From the NCBI GenBank assembly GCA_965223325.1, contig CBDCWI010000002.1:2464001-2528000 (forward strand): a DNA stretch of 64,000 nt, read 5' to 3'. Shown in pieces: positions 20,000 through 30,595 of the stretch. Each line of letters begins with the position of its first letter. The first letter of the stretch is position 1. The notes under the pieces were generated by a model. That model had not been told where the DNA came from and searched no databases. It was given only the letters and a program-made list of their open reading frames with translations. A program made the position numbers and the translations under genes. The DNA is from Candidatus Multivoradales bacterium. GTDB lineage: Bacteria > Acidobacteriota > Thermoanaerobaculia > Multivoradales > Multivoraceae.

Positions 20000-20926
20000 C
20001 TACTCTTCTTCTTCGGAAGCCGCAGGCGCCTCCGGAGCGGCAGCCTCTTCTGAGCCCGCCTCTTCCGGCGCACTCTCTTCTGCGGGCGCACCCTCGGCCG
20101 CGGCCTCGGGAGCAGCGTCTTCCGCGGCTGCCTCAGCAGAAGCTGCCTCAGGCGCAGCCTCTTCTGCGGCAGGTGCGGCGGCCTCTGTGGCCGCGGCAGC
20201 CTCGACCTCGATCGCCGCAGTGGTCTCGTCGGACTGGGACTTGGCGAAACCGCCCATGCCCTCGCCGTAGGCCTCGGCGATCTTCGAGGCGAACAACCGA
20301 ATGGTGCGGATCGCGTCGTCATTGCCGGGGATCGGGTAGTCGATCAGATCGGGGTCGCAGTTGGTGTCGACGATCGCAATCACAGGAATGCCGAGCTTGT
20401 TGGCCTCCGCGATCGCGATGTGCTCGCGTTTGGGATCGACAACGAACAAGGCATCGGGCAGACCGGTCATCTTGCGGATGCCTTCGAGGTTGCGCATCAA
20501 CTTCTCGCGCTCGCGGTCGAGGCGCAGGCGCTCCTTCTTGATCAAGACGCCGTGCTCGTCTTCGAGGCGCTTCTCGATGTCCTCGAGGCGATCGACTGAC
20601 GTTCTGATGGTGACGAAGTTGGTCAGCATCCCGCCCAGCCAGCGGCTGGTGACCCAGAACTGACCGCAGCGTGCGGCCTCTTCCTGGACGACCTTCTGCG
20701 CCTGGCGCTTGGTGCCCACGAAGAGCACCTTGCGGTTGCTGCGCGCCAGGCCTTCGACGAAGCTCGCTGCTCGGCTGAACATCTCCTGCGTTTGCTGCAG
20801 ATCGATGATGTAGATGCCGTTGCGGCGTCCGAAGATATACGGACGCATCTTGGGGTTCCAGCGGCGGGTCTGATGCCCAAAATGGACACCCGCCTCGAGC
20901 AGTTCGCGCATTTGTACTTCGACCAC
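20000..20926 (-). CDS. rpsB: 30S ribosomal protein S2 with long Ala/Glu/Pro C-terminal tail
   Basis: [35 protein letters not shown]. Confidence 0.98.
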   Translation of the reverse strand: MVEVQMRELLEAGVHFGHQTRRWNPKMRPYIFGRRNGIYIIDLQQTQEMFSRAASFVEGLARSNRKVLFVGTKRQAQKVVQEEAARCGQFWVTSRWLGGMLTNFVTIRTSVDRLEDIEKRLEDEHGVLIKKERLRLDREREKLMRNLEGIRKMTGLPDALFVVDPKREHIAIAEANKLGIPVIAIVDTNCDPDLIDYPIPGNDDAIRTIRLFASKIAEAYGEGMGGFAKSQSDETTAAIEVEAAAATEAAAPAAEEAAPEAASAEAAAEDAAPEAAAEGAPAEESAPEEAGSEEAAAPEAPAASEEEE

Positions 20927-20935
20927 TGTTCTCTC

Positions 20936-21325
20936 CTAGCGCTTGCTGAACTGAAAGCGGGCGCGGGCGCCCTTTTGGCCGTACTTCTTGCGTTCCTTCT
21001 TGCGAGGATCGCGAGTGATGAAGCCGGCCGCCTTGAGGGCCGGCCTGAGCGAGTCATCCTGAGCGATGAGGGCGCGGGTCAAGCCGTGACGCACCGCACC
21101 CGCCTGACCACTCTTGCCGCCGCCCTGGACCGTCACCACGAAATCGTAGGCGTCGACCTTCTCGGCAACCTCGAGAGGTGCGCGAATGATCATTTTCAGG
21201 ACATCGTTGGGAAAGTACTCGTCAAGGCTGCGGCCGTTGACTTTCCAGGTTCCACTTCCCGGTTGCATGAACACACGGGCGGTCGATGTCTTCCGGCGCC
21301 CAGTGCCGTATGCGGTATGGCTCAC
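20936..21325 (-). CDS. rpsI: 30S ribosomal protein S9
   Basis: [33 protein letters not shown]. Confidence 0.99.
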   Translation of the reverse strand: MSHTAYGTGRRKTSTARVFMQPGSGTWKVNGRSLDEYFPNDVLKMIIRAPLEVAEKVDAYDFVVTVQGGGKSGQAGAVRHGLTRALIAQDDSLRPALKAAGFITRDPRKKERKKYGQKGARARFQFSKR

Positions 21326-21413
21326 GTTTCGCTCCGCTCTATCTCAAGGTAAGAATTGGTTTGGGTAATCGGTTCTCTGTTCAGTTCGACGGTCTGACTC
21401 AGCGCCTTACCGC

Positions 21414-21863
21414 TCAGCGCACGTTGGCGAGGTCGAGTTCGGCCGGCTTCTGCGCCGCGTGTGGGTGATCGGAGCCGGCGTAGACCTTCAGCTTGCGGAG
21501 CTGCGCACGACCGAGGCGCGTCTTGGGCAACATGCCGCGCACCGCGAGCTCGACCAGGCGCGTCGGGCGCCGCGAGCGCAAGCGCGCCGCAGTTTCCTCG
21601 CGCAGGTTGCCGGGCTTGCCGGAGTGGCGACGATAGAGCTTCTGCTCCTCTTTGTTGCCGGTCAAAACGGCCTTGTCGGCATTGGTCACGATGACGAAAT
21701 CGCCCGTGTCGTGGTGAGGAGTCCAGGTTGGCTTGTGCTTGCCGGTCAACACCTGCGCAATGATCGACGACAGGCGCCCGAGGGTCTTGCCCTCGGCGTC
21801 CACCACGAACCAGCTGCGCTCCACCTCGCCAGCTTTGGGGGTCCATGTCTTCTGCGTGCTCAT
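21414..21863 (-). CDS. rplM: 50S ribosomal protein L13
   Basis: [42 protein letters not shown]. Confidence 0.98.
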   Translation of the reverse strand: MSTQKTWTPKAGEVERSWFVVDAEGKTLGRLSSIIAQVLTGKHKPTWTPHHDTGDFVIVTNADKAVLTGNKEEQKLYRRHSGKPGNLREETAARLRSRRPTRLVELAVRGMLPKTRLGRAQLRKLKVYAGSDHPHAAQKPAELDLANVR

Positions 21864-22327
21864 CTGCGGTCTTCTCCGTTCATACCTTCCCGACACTCAC
21901 GGCGGGGAAACTTCCGGTCGCCCATTCGAGGCGGCCACCGGAAGCAGTGGGAAATCGTTTGCCCTTCTCGGGACTGTCAAGTGGTTACCCCGATCGCTCT
22001 CGGCTGGGGACCGGCCGCTGCGCGCCAACCGCATTTCGAGGTTGACAGCAACGGTCGGCTGATCGGTCGGCGTGACCACAGCGTGTCTGGACGCTCGAGA
22101 GAATCGGCCCGGCCTCGTGATCGAGAGTGACCGCTTGGTTCACCCACGCGCACGGAACCCAGACGCGCCAGCACGCAAAGAACGAGCAGTCTAGGCCCCC
22201 GAAAGGCCCCTGTCAAGAAGGCTGAGGGCCTCGTGAGGGGTCTGTTGCAGCCACGCGAGGGTCGCGCGACACGGTATATTGCGGGCCCGCCCCTCAGGCA
22301 TCCCGAGTAACTGAAGGACCTCACAAC

Positions 22328-23281
22328 GTGAAGAGCGAAGTCCTCGACGGCAAGAAACTGGCCGCAGCCCTCCGTCAAGAGGTCCAGGAACACGTCAGCA
22401 AAGCGGTCGCCGCCGGTCACCGTCCCCCCGGCCTCGCCGCCATCCTGGTCGGCGAAGACCCGGCCTCAGCGGTCTACGTGCGCAGCAAGACCCGCGACTG
22501 TCAAGAGGTCGGCATCGAAGGGCGGGCGATTCATCTCGACGCCAGCATCGACCAGGACACCCTGGTCGCTCGAATCGACGAACTCAACGCGGACCCGACG
22601 ATCGACGGCATCCTGGTGCAACTGCCGTTACCCGACGGTCTCGATGTCGAAGCCATCCAGGAGCGAGTGCTGCCCGAGAAAGACGTCGACGGCTTCCACT
22701 CCGAAAACGTCGGCCGCCTGTGGCTGGGACGGTCGGGCTTCGTCCCCTGCACCCCCGCCGGAGTGATTGAACTGCTGCGGCGCTACGACATCGAGATGTC
22801 GGGCAAGCATGCCGTGATCCTGGGCCGGAGCAACATTGTTGGCAAGCCCATGGCCGCGCTGCTCCTGCGCGAGAACTGCACCGTGACGGTCTGCCATTCG
22901 CGCACCACCGACCTGCCGTCGATCTGCCGTCAGGCCGACATCCTGGTTGCGGCCGTCGGTCGCACTGCGATGGTCGAAGCACAGTGGATCAAACCCGGTG
23001 CAGTGGTCATCGACGTGGGAATGAACCGCATCACAGATCCCGAAGAGCTCGAGCGCCTGTTTCCCGGCAACAAACGTCGCCGTCGCACTTTCGAGAAACG
23101 CGGCGCCGTACTGACCGGCGACGTCGACCAGGTCGCAGTCGCCAAGAAGGCCTCGGCGCTCACCCCGGTTCCTGGCGGAGTCGGACCGCTGACGCGCGCC
23201 TTGCTGCTCGTCAACACGCTGGCCTCCTGGCGCCGCACCCTCGGTATCGCAGAAGCCGAAGAGAAGGCGGCGGCCTCATGA
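22328..23281 (+). CDS. folD: Methylenetetrahydrofolate dehydrogenase/cyclohydrolase
   Basis: DGILVQLPLP, KDVDGFH, PCTPAGV, GRSNIVGKP, TPVPGGVGP. Confidence 0.97.
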   Translation: MKSEVLDGKKLAAALRQEVQEHVSKAVAAGHRPPGLAAILVGEDPASAVYVRSKTRDCQEVGIEGRAIHLDASIDQDTLVARIDELNADPTIDGILVQLPLPDGLDVEAIQERVLPEKDVDGFHSENVGRLWLGRSGFVPCTPAGVIELLRRYDIEMSGKHAVILGRSNIVGKPMAALLLRENCTVTVCHSRTTDLPSICRQADILVAAVGRTAMVEAQWIKPGAVVIDVGMNRITDPEELERLFPGNKRRRRTFEKRGAVLTGDVDQVAVAKKASALTPVPGGVGPLTRALLLVNTLASWRRTLGIAEAEEKAAAS

Positions 23282-23928
23282 CGCTACCGGTCGCCGACAT
23301 CGCCGGCACAGGGAAACGCACACTGCTCGTCGGGCTCACCGGTGGCATCGCGAGCGGCAAGTCGACCGTCGCCCGGTTGATGCGTGAACTGGGCTGCATC
23401 GTGACCGATGCCGATCGCCTGGTCGCCGAGCTCTACCAGCCCGGCCGTGAAGGTGCACAAGCGGTACGCGACCTCTTCGGCGCCGAGTTTCTCGCCCCCG
23501 ACGGTTCGGTCGACAAGCCAGCCCTCGCGCGGGTGGTGTTCTCAGATACCGAGCAACGTTCGCGGCTCGAGGCAGCAATCCACCCGCTGGTCGGCAAGGC
23601 CTTCGCTGGCCTGGTTGCCGACAGCGAAGGTGTCGTGGTGTTCGAAGCCACCTTGCTTGCCGAGACCGGCGGCTTCCGCAACTACGACATCGTGGTTACC
23701 GTCGAGGCCGATCCCGCCGAACGGATTCGGCGCGCCGTAGCCCGCGGCCTCGACCGCGCCGAGGCCGAAGCGCGGATGAAGGCGCAGGCACTGCCGGCGC
23801 AGCGCATGTCGGTGGCCGACTACGTCATTCATAACGACGGTAGCGAAGAAGATCTGGCCGAGAAGGTCGAACGGCTGGTCGAGGACTTGCGCGGCCGCGT
23901 CGCCTCCGACGGCGTCGTGCGCGGCTAG
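23278..23928 (+). CDS. coaE: Dephospho-CoA kinase
   Basis: VGLTGGIASGKSTV, LEAAIHPLV; ATGA overlap with folD. Confidence 0.95.
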   Translation: MTLPVADIAGTGKRTLLVGLTGGIASGKSTVARLMRELGCIVTDADRLVAELYQPGREGAQAVRDLFGAEFLAPDGSVDKPALARVVFSDTEQRSRLEAAIHPLVGKAFAGLVADSEGVVVFEATLLAETGGFRNYDIVVTVEADPAERIRRAVARGLDRAEAEARMKAQALPAQRMSVADYVIHNDGSEEDLAEKVERLVEDLRGRVASDGVVRG

Positions 23929-23931
23929 CCC

Positions 23932-24522
23932 CTACCCTCCCAACTCGATCGCGCGTTCTCGCCGCAGCGCCTCACAGAGCGCGCGCCACGCACGACCTCG
24001 GTGTGCCACCCGGTCTTTGGCTTCTCCGGCAAGCTGCGCCGAAGTCTCGTTCTCTCCCTCGGCAACGAAGAACGGGTCCCAACCGAACCCGCCTCCACCA
24101 CGCCCCGGCAACACCAGACGTCCCGGACTCACCCCCACACCCAGAACATCGCCCTCGCCGTCGCGGTAGAGCAGCATGCATCGCGCCACCACCCGCGGGT
24201 CGCCGAGCTCGATGGCCGTGCGCGCCACACCCTCGGGACCCATGCGCTTGAGCATCCACTTCACCAGCGGGCCGGGGAAGCCACCCATGGCGTCTAGCTC
24301 GAGACCAGTCTCCTCGACCACCAGCGGTCCACCGACCCGATTCCAGGCCTCGCCGGCCTTCGCCTGGAGTACCTCGTGAAGGTCGTCCGATTGAATCTCC
24401 GGTAGGTCGAGGTCGACGGCTTCGATGCGGCAGCCCAGGATCCGTTCGGCCTCGCGGCGCTTGTCACGGTTGCCGGTCACCAGAACGAACGGCGGCTTTA
24501 GGCCCCCCCTAGCTGGGCTCAT
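23932..24522 (-). CDS. Non-canonical purine NTP pyrophosphatase (Ham1/ITPase family)
   Basis: VTGNRDK, LPEIQ, GFPGPLVKW, GFGWDPFF, HRGRA. Confidence 0.9.
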   Translation of the reverse strand: MSPARGGLKPPFVLVTGNRDKRREAERILGCRIEAVDLDLPEIQSDDLHEVLQAKAGEAWNRVGGPLVVEETGLELDAMGGFPGPLVKWMLKRMGPEGVARTAIELGDPRVVARCMLLYRDGEGDVLGVGVSPGRLVLPGRGGGGFGWDPFFVAEGENETSAQLAGEAKDRVAHRGRAWRALCEALRRERAIELGG

Positions 24523-26092
24523 CGCGCAACTCCTCCGGCGAAGGGAGCACCCGAAACGCCTCGATGCGCTGCTCGAGGCCGCGCAGAGAGAGCTCGCCCA
24601 GGGCCTGGACCTCGTAGTGTTGGGCAATCGCCTTACGAGTCGGGCTCCCGACGACGATCCAACCCGGCTGGGCCACGGTCGACTCGAGTCGAGCGGCGAC
24701 GTTTACGGTGTTGCCGAGCACCGTGTAGTCGACGCGCTGCTCCGACCCCACGTCGCCGACCACCACCGGCCCACTGTAGATGCCGACCCGACACTCGACC
24801 TCTGGAAGGTGCGCCTCGCGACGCTCATCGTTCCAGCGGTGCATCGCGCGCTGAATCGCGACCGCAGCTCGCACACCTCGGAGGGCGTGATCGTCCTGGG
24901 CGACCGGGGCGCCGAAAAAGGCCATGACGCAGTCACCGATGAACTTATCGAGCGTCCCTCCATGCTCGAAGACGCAAGCAACGGCGAGGTTGCAGTATTC
25001 GGCGAGGATCGAGGCAACCTGCTCGGGCGTCGCACGCTCGGAGTAGGCGGTAAACCCGACCAGGTCTGCAAACAGCACCGTCACGTCGGCGGAACGGATG
25101 GTTGAGGTCTCGCCTTCCTCGCGGTCACGCAGGACCTCTTCGACGACTCGCGGAGAGTGGTAGCGCTCGAGTCGGTTTCGACGCACCCGCTCTCGCAGGC
25201 GCCCCACCGCTACCGCCGCGTAGTTCGCCAGCGCGATCAGATAGTCGAGATCTTCGGCCTCGAACTCGCCGCTGAGACGTCGCGAGTCAACCTGGATGAA
25301 GCCACTGATTCCGCCGTCGGTCCAAAGCGGCGCGCACATTGCCGCTTCGATCCCATGAATGCGGATCGACTCACCCCCGCCAACGAGACGTTCGTCGCCC
25401 TCGGCATTGAAGGTCAAAAGCGCCACCTGCTCGCGCATGACGGCTTCGAGAATCGCGCGCGACACGGGAACCTGCTCCATCGGCGGGCGGTGGGTGATCT
25501 CACTGCCGACCCGCACGAGGGCGGGGCGCGCCTCACCCGGCGCGCCGAGCAGAATCATCCCGCGCTCGACACCGAGGGTGTCGAATGCCTCGTCGAGTAC
25601 CGCCTCGAGCACCCCGTCGATCGACTGCTGATCGATGAACCGCCGACCCAGTCGACTGAGCGAACGCAGGTAGTTGCGCTCGCGCCGGATCTCGGCCGAG
25701 GCGTCGTCGATCGGAACCTCTGCCACCAGGCTGTCTTCGATCTCTGACCACGACCCCAGCGACTCGATCGGGCGAATCAACCGGGCGTCGCGCAACGCCG
25801 GGAAGCGCTCCTCCGGCGTCGGCACGACGGTCAGCTGGAAGACGCCGAGCTTGATTCGGTCGCCACGCTCGAGAAGATGGGCGCGTACCCTCTCACCGTT
25901 GACTTCGACACCGTTGGTGCTGCCGATATCGTGAATGACGAATCCGCTGCTCTCGTTGCGAATCTCGGCGTGGCGGCGCGACACAGAGAAGTCGGGCAGC
26001 ACGACGTCGTTGTCGCTGCCGCGACCGATCCGCAGGATCTGGGTGAGGTCGACCGTTCTCAGAAGGTCATCGACGGTGTAGCGCAGGCGCAC
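24509..26092 (-). CDS. FHA-GAF-class III adenylate/guanylate cyclase
   Basis: FHA IGRGSDND..VSRRHA..STNG; GAF MCAPLW; cyclase VLFADLVGFT, LDKFIGDCVMA, YTVLGNTVNVAARLE. Confidence 0.93.
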   Translation of the reverse strand: MRLRYTVDDLLRTVDLTQILRIGRGSDNDVVLPDFSVSRRHAEIRNESSGFVIHDIGSTNGVEVNGERVRAHLLERGDRIKLGVFQLTVVPTPEERFPALRDARLIRPIESLGSWSEIEDSLVAEVPIDDASAEIRRERNYLRSLSRLGRRFIDQQSIDGVLEAVLDEAFDTLGVERGMILLGAPGEARPALVRVGSEITHRPPMEQVPVSRAILEAVMREQVALLTFNAEGDERLVGGGESIRIHGIEAAMCAPLWTDGGISGFIQVDSRRLSGEFEAEDLDYLIALANYAAVAVGRLRERVRRNRLERYHSPRVVEEVLRDREEGETSTIRSADVTVLFADLVGFTAYSERATPEQVASILAEYCNLAVACVFEHGGTLDKFIGDCVMAFFGAPVAQDDHALRGVRAAVAIQRAMHRWNDERREAHLPEVECRVGIYSGPVVVGDVGSEQRVDYTVLGNTVNVAARLESTVAQPGWIVVGSPTRKAIAQHYEVQALGELSLRGLEQRIEAFRVLPSPEELRDEPS

Positions 26093-26378
26093 TAGTACCC
26101 CGTACCAACGGAACGGATAGTGGCTGAGTGGATGATCGTGCTCGGTATCAAGGCGTCACGACGCAGGCATATCGGTGATCTGTCGAGGAGTCACAACGCA
26201 GAGATCGAGTGCGAGGAACGCTCAGACTCTCCCGCCGAGGCCACTCGGCGCAGCTCGCTGTGCGGTTCAATGGTACGGGGCACAAGGCGATCCTAACCCC
26301 GATGAGGTCGCCGGCTGGTTTGGCGGCTGCCGGTGAATATTCATCGTAGTTGTCGAGACATGGCACCATACGCCCCTC

Positions 26379-27290
26379 ATGCCAAAGCATCTGATTTCCC
26401 TGACCGAGACCAGCCGGGACACCCAGGCGGAACTGCTGGAGCTCGCCCTGGCGATGAAGGCCAACCCGAGCGACTGGCGCAACGCGCTCAGAGGTCGCGC
26501 GCTGGCGATGATCTTCGAGAAGAGCTCGACGCGGACCAGGGTGAGCTTCGAGATCGGCATCAACCAGCTCGGCGGACATGCAGTCTTCCTATCGAGCGAC
26601 GACTCGCAGATCGGGCGCGGCGAAAGCGCTGCCGACACGGCGCGCGTCTTGTCGCGCTACGTCGACATCATCATGGCGCGGGTCAACCGCCACGAAACCC
26701 TGCTCGAGTTGGCCGAACACTCGACCATCCCGGTGATCAACGCGCTGACCGACACCCGCCACCCCTGCCAGGGTCTGGCCGATGCCATGACGTTTCGCGA
26801 GGTCTTCGGGGGCGACACCAAGGGCCGCAAGGTCGCCTGGGTCGGAGACGGCAACAACGTCGCAGCGTCTTTTGTCCTGGCGATGGCTGCCCTCGGCCTC
26901 GACATCGCCATCGCCACGCCACCGGGGTACGAGGTCGACGACGAAGTCATCGCCAGCGCCGAGGCGCTCGGTGGAACTCTGGAAGTGAGCCATGCTCCCG
27001 AGGAAGCAGTCGTCGGCGCGTCGGCAGTGTCGACCGACGTGTGGATCTCGATGGGCCAGGAAGGCGAACGAGAAGCCCGCCAAAAAGACTTTGCCGACTT
27101 CACCGTCAACGACGCGCTGATGGCGCGGGCGCTTCCCGAGGCGACCTTCATGCACTGCCTGCCGGCCCATCGCGGCGAAGAGGTGAGCGCTGCGGTACTG
27201 GACGGCCCGCGAAGCGTCGCACTCGACCAGGCTGAGAATCGCCTCCACGTGCAGAAGGCGGTGATGGTCAAGCTCTCGGGCGACAGTTGA
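26379..27290 (+). CDS. argF: Ornithine carbamoyltransferase
   Basis: FEKSSTRTRVSF, HPCQGLAD, TDVWISMGQE, FMHCLPAHRG. Confidence 0.97.
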   Translation: MPKHLISLTETSRDTQAELLELALAMKANPSDWRNALRGRALAMIFEKSSTRTRVSFEIGINQLGGHAVFLSSDDSQIGRGESAADTARVLSRYVDIIMARVNRHETLLELAEHSTIPVINALTDTRHPCQGLADAMTFREVFGGDTKGRKVAWVGDGNNVAASFVLAMAALGLDIAIATPPGYEVDDEVIASAEALGGTLEVSHAPEEAVVGASAVSTDVWISMGQEGEREARQKDFADFTVNDALMARALPEATFMHCLPAHRGEEVSAAVLDGPRSVALDQAENRLHVQKAVMVKLSGDS

Positions 27291-27301
27291 ACCCCAGCCG
27301 T

Positions 27302-28936
27302 CTACTCGAAGGCGGTGCCGGTCCAGAAGCTCAGATCGGCGGACTCGAAGTTGTCCGACGATAGGCGCTCGACGTCTCCGAGGTGGACCGCCAGCGCCAC
27401 CTCATCGTAGAACGCACGGTCATCGGCGAGCCGCGTGTAGAAGTACAGAAGCGCCAGTCGCTGCCCGGCGAGAAACTTCGTCGGCAGGTCGATTTCCACC
27501 AGCACGTCCTCGCTGGCGGCGATCCCGACGATGAAGGCGGCGTAGTCGTCACCCTCGAGGTCATACAGTTTTCCGTCGACCGACAGTCTGACCTCGTCGA
27601 GTCGCGCCGCGGTTGGCATGAGCTTGGCGGCCGTCTCGAGGACGAGTGGCGTGGTCGCCCCGCGCGTCGCCGGAGCCACACTTCGACCGGCGCGCCGCCG
27701 CAGTCGGCAGGGCACGCACGGTGTACTGCCCGGGTTGGGCAGATTCGTCTCGCGCATGAGCTCCTGGCGACTGAGTGGGCGAATCGCAGACGACGGAAGA
27801 CTTGAGATCGTGAGCTGATGGGTCGCGTCGGGGTATTGCTGGCCAGCAAAGGCCTCGGGATCAACTCCAAAGGTCGCGTCGAGCATCTTGTCGACGCCTT
27901 CGACCCGACTGTCCTCGAAGGGCTTGCCATCCGCCGCCAGGTAGTAGCCGCCGTCGTTGCCCCAGCGCAACGACAGAAGGCCGTCGGCCGCTACCAGCTC
28001 CTGGAGAGCGCCCGGGCTCTGGTCTTCCCAGGCCGCCAGCCAGCCCGACAGGAAGGCGCTGGCAAACGACGAGCCCGGCGCATAGACCAGCGGCGTCGGC
28101 GGAATCGACTCCCGGTTCCACGTCACCAGACCGGTTCCGGGGATCAACGCGTCGTAGCCGTCTGGAGTCCCGGGGGCCGGTCGGATCGTGTTGCCTTCGG
28201 GTGCGAACTCGGCGCTGTCGAGCATGCCGACGGCGATGGTCGAAGGCTCCGAGGCGGGAAAGAGGAGCTGCTCGTGGTTCCCAGCAGCCGCCACCAGGAC
28301 CACCCCTACCTCCTCACGCATATGGGTCAGGAGCCGCGAGATTTCACACGGCACGGAGGACGGGTCGTCGCAAGGCGGGCCGTCGAGTAGGCGACCGAAG
28401 CTCATGTTGACGACTTTGGGAATCCACTCCGGGTACTCGATCGTGTGGCATAGCGCCTCGAGCACGTGCAGGTCGCTGACGTGGCCCAGCTGTTGGATCT
28501 CCTGGATCGAAGACGACTCGAGCATCCGCAGGCGCACGCCGGCCGTCGACGCTTCATGGGTCACCCGCGACACCCAGACACCGTGGCTGCTCCAGAAATC
28601 GATCACGCTCGGCTGGCCGTACTCAGGCCAGCGCGCGCCTTCCGAGGGCTGCGGCCCGCGGACCTGTTCCTCGGTTTCAACGTCGGCAGCCAGAAGCAGC
28701 GGCTCTGCTACTCCGGAGGCTTCGGGGGTACAGCCCGCCCCACGGGTCGCCTGACCAAAGAGGTATTCGCCAAACGTCCCGCAGTTGAGAACCTGCTGGG
28801 CGCGACCCGTACAGCCAGGCTCGACCCGGCTCCAGGCAACCGTGTCCTCGGCCTGGAGAGAAACCGGCGAGAGCGACAGAGACCAAGCCATGACGATGAC
28901 CGCCAGGGCCCGGCGCGCAGGTGAGAAGAGCTTCAT
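27302..28936 (-). CDS. Secreted divergent subtilase (S8-like)
   Basis: Signal peptide; SHGVWVS, VVNMSFG, VAAAGN, GSSFASAFLSG; C-terminal LSSDNFESADLSFW. Confidence 0.75.
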   Translation of the reverse strand: MKLFSPARRALAVIVMAWSLSLSPVSLQAEDTVAWSRVEPGCTGRAQQVLNCGTFGEYLFGQATRGAGCTPEASGVAEPLLLAADVETEEQVRGPQPSEGARWPEYGQPSVIDFWSSHGVWVSRVTHEASTAGVRLRMLESSSIQEIQQLGHVSDLHVLEALCHTIEYPEWIPKVVNMSFGRLLDGPPCDDPSSVPCEISRLLTHMREEVGVVLVAAAGNHEQLLFPASEPSTIAVGMLDSAEFAPEGNTIRPAPGTPDGYDALIPGTGLVTWNRESIPPTPLVYAPGSSFASAFLSGWLAAWEDQSPGALQELVAADGLLSLRWGNDGGYYLAADGKPFEDSRVEGVDKMLDATFGVDPEAFAGQQYPDATHQLTISSLPSSAIRPLSRQELMRETNLPNPGSTPCVPCRLRRRAGRSVAPATRGATTPLVLETAAKLMPTAARLDEVRLSVDGKLYDLEGDDYAAFIVGIAASEDVLVEIDLPTKFLAGQRLALLYFYTRLADDRAFYDEVALAVHLGDVERLSSDNFESADLSFWTGTAFE

Positions 28937-29179
28937 GGGGCTTTCTAGAGGATAAGAGAACAAGGCTACCCCACTGAAAGCGGGCAACAAGCCATCTTAA
29001 CATAGTAATAGCCAATAGGCTATATATCACCTCACGGGGCCGCCCTCCGGGCGGATCGGCCCTCCGACGGAACGCGACTGCCCGTCGATGGCGTGTGCCT
29101 TGAATGTTGGCCCTCCTGTAGGATTTGCGGCCTGCCCAGCAAGACTTTCTCGTCTCGAGAGACCGACCCGGAACCTCCC

Positions 29180-30595
29180 ATGCAGCCCCAGAATCCTCTT
29201 CACGAGCGCTACGCCAGTCGCGACATGTCGCGGCTTTTTACGCCCCAACATCGCTACGGCACCTGGCGGCGCATCTGGATTGCACTGGCACGCGCCGAAC
29301 GCGAGCTGGGCCTGCCGATTTCAGCCGAACAGATCGCGGACCTCGAACGCGTTCGGGGGGATCTCGACCTCGCAAAGGTCGCCGAGCTCGAGCGCCAGAC
29401 CCGCCACGACGTCGTCGCCCATCTGCGGCACTACGCCGAGCAAGCCGGCGACGCTGGGGGCATTCTCCACCTGGGGGCGACGTCAGCGTTTCTGACCGAC
29501 AACACCGACGCGCTGATCATCGGTGAGGCGCTCGATCTTCTCGCCCAGCGCCTGGCCGCCGTCATGGACGAGCTCGCCGGTTTCGCCCAGAAACACCGCG
29601 ACACGCCCTGCCTGGCCTACACCCACTTCCAGCCGGCCCAGCTCACCACCGTCGGCAAACGCGCCTGCCTGTGGCTGCAGGACTTCGCCACCGACTACGA
29701 AGACCTGACCCAGAGGCGGGCCCGGCTGCGCTGTCGCGGCGTCAAGGGCACCACCGGTACCCAGGCGAGTTACTTGACGCTCCTCGAGGGCGACCACGAT
29801 AAGGTGCGCGCGCTCGATCGCAAGATCGCCACTCAGCTGGGCTTCGAGGAGAGCTGGGCGATCACCGGTCAGACCTACCCTCGCAAACAGGACTCGCAGG
29901 TTCTGGCGCTCCTCTCTGGACTCGCCGAGAGCTGTCACAAACTGGGCACCGACCTTCGCCTGTTGCAGGGCGTGGGAGAACTCGGAGAACCGTTCGACGA
30001 ACACCAGGTCGGCAGCTCCGCCATGGCCTACAAGCGAAACCCCGTGCGCGCGGAGCGTATGTGCGCCCTGTCGCGACGGTTGATGACCGACGCCCTCAAC
30101 GGCCCGCTCAACGCCGGCACCCAGTGGCTCGAACGCTCGCTCGACGACTCGGCGAACCGGCGCCTGGTTCTCCAGGACAGCTTCCTGGCTGCCGACGCCG
30201 TCTTGAGCCTCGCTTCCGGCATCGCAGCGGGTCTCACCGTGCGCGAGAGCGCCGTGGCCGCGCGGGTCGAGCGCGAGCTTCCGTTCATGGCGACCGAGAC
30301 CTTCCTCATGGAGGCTGCCCTACGCGGCGGCGATCGGCAGGAGCTGCACGAGCGCATTCGTCAGTACAGTCTCGACGCCTACGAGCGGGTCAGCCAGGGC
30401 GAAGCCAACCCGCTGGTTGAGAGCATCGCCAGAGACAGCGACTTTGGCCTCGAGCGCAGTGAGCTCGAGGCGATGCTCGACGCGACCGCCTTTACCGGGC
30501 GTTCCGCACAACAGGTGACCGAGTTCCTCGGCGAGGTCGTCGAACCCCTCCTGGCGAACGCCGAACGGGCGGCGGTCGAAGCACCGCGGATATGA
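29180..30595 (+). CDS. purB: Adenylosuccinate lyase
   Basis: TRHDVVAH, LHLGATS, THFQPAQLTTVGKR, GSSAMAYKRNP. Confidence 0.96.
   Translation: MQPQNPLHERYASRDMSRLFTPQHRYGTWRRIWIALARAERELGLPISAEQIADLERVRGDLDLAKVAELERQTRHDVVAHLRHYAEQAGDAGGILHLGATSAFLTDNTDALIIGEALDLLAQRLAAVMDELAGFAQKHRDTPCLAYTHFQPAQLTTVGKRACLWLQDFATDYEDLTQRRARLRCRGVKGTTGTQASYLTLLEGDHDKVRALDRKIATQLGFEESWAITGQTYPRKQDSQVLALLSGLAESCHKLGTDLRLLQGVGELGEPFDEHQVGSSAMAYKRNPVRAERMCALSRRLMTDALNGPLNAGTQWLERSLDDSANRRLVLQDSFLAADAVLSLASGIAAGLTVRESAVAARVERELPFMATETFLMEAALRGGDRQELHERIRQYSLDAYERVSQGEANPLVESIARDSDFGLERSELEAMLDATAFTGRSAQQVTEFLGEVVEPLLANAERAAVEAPRI

Noticed and set aside
20000-20230. Repetitive Ala/Glu/Pro DNA at the rpsB 3' end
   Set aside because: Low-complexity S2 tails are common; not a separate element.
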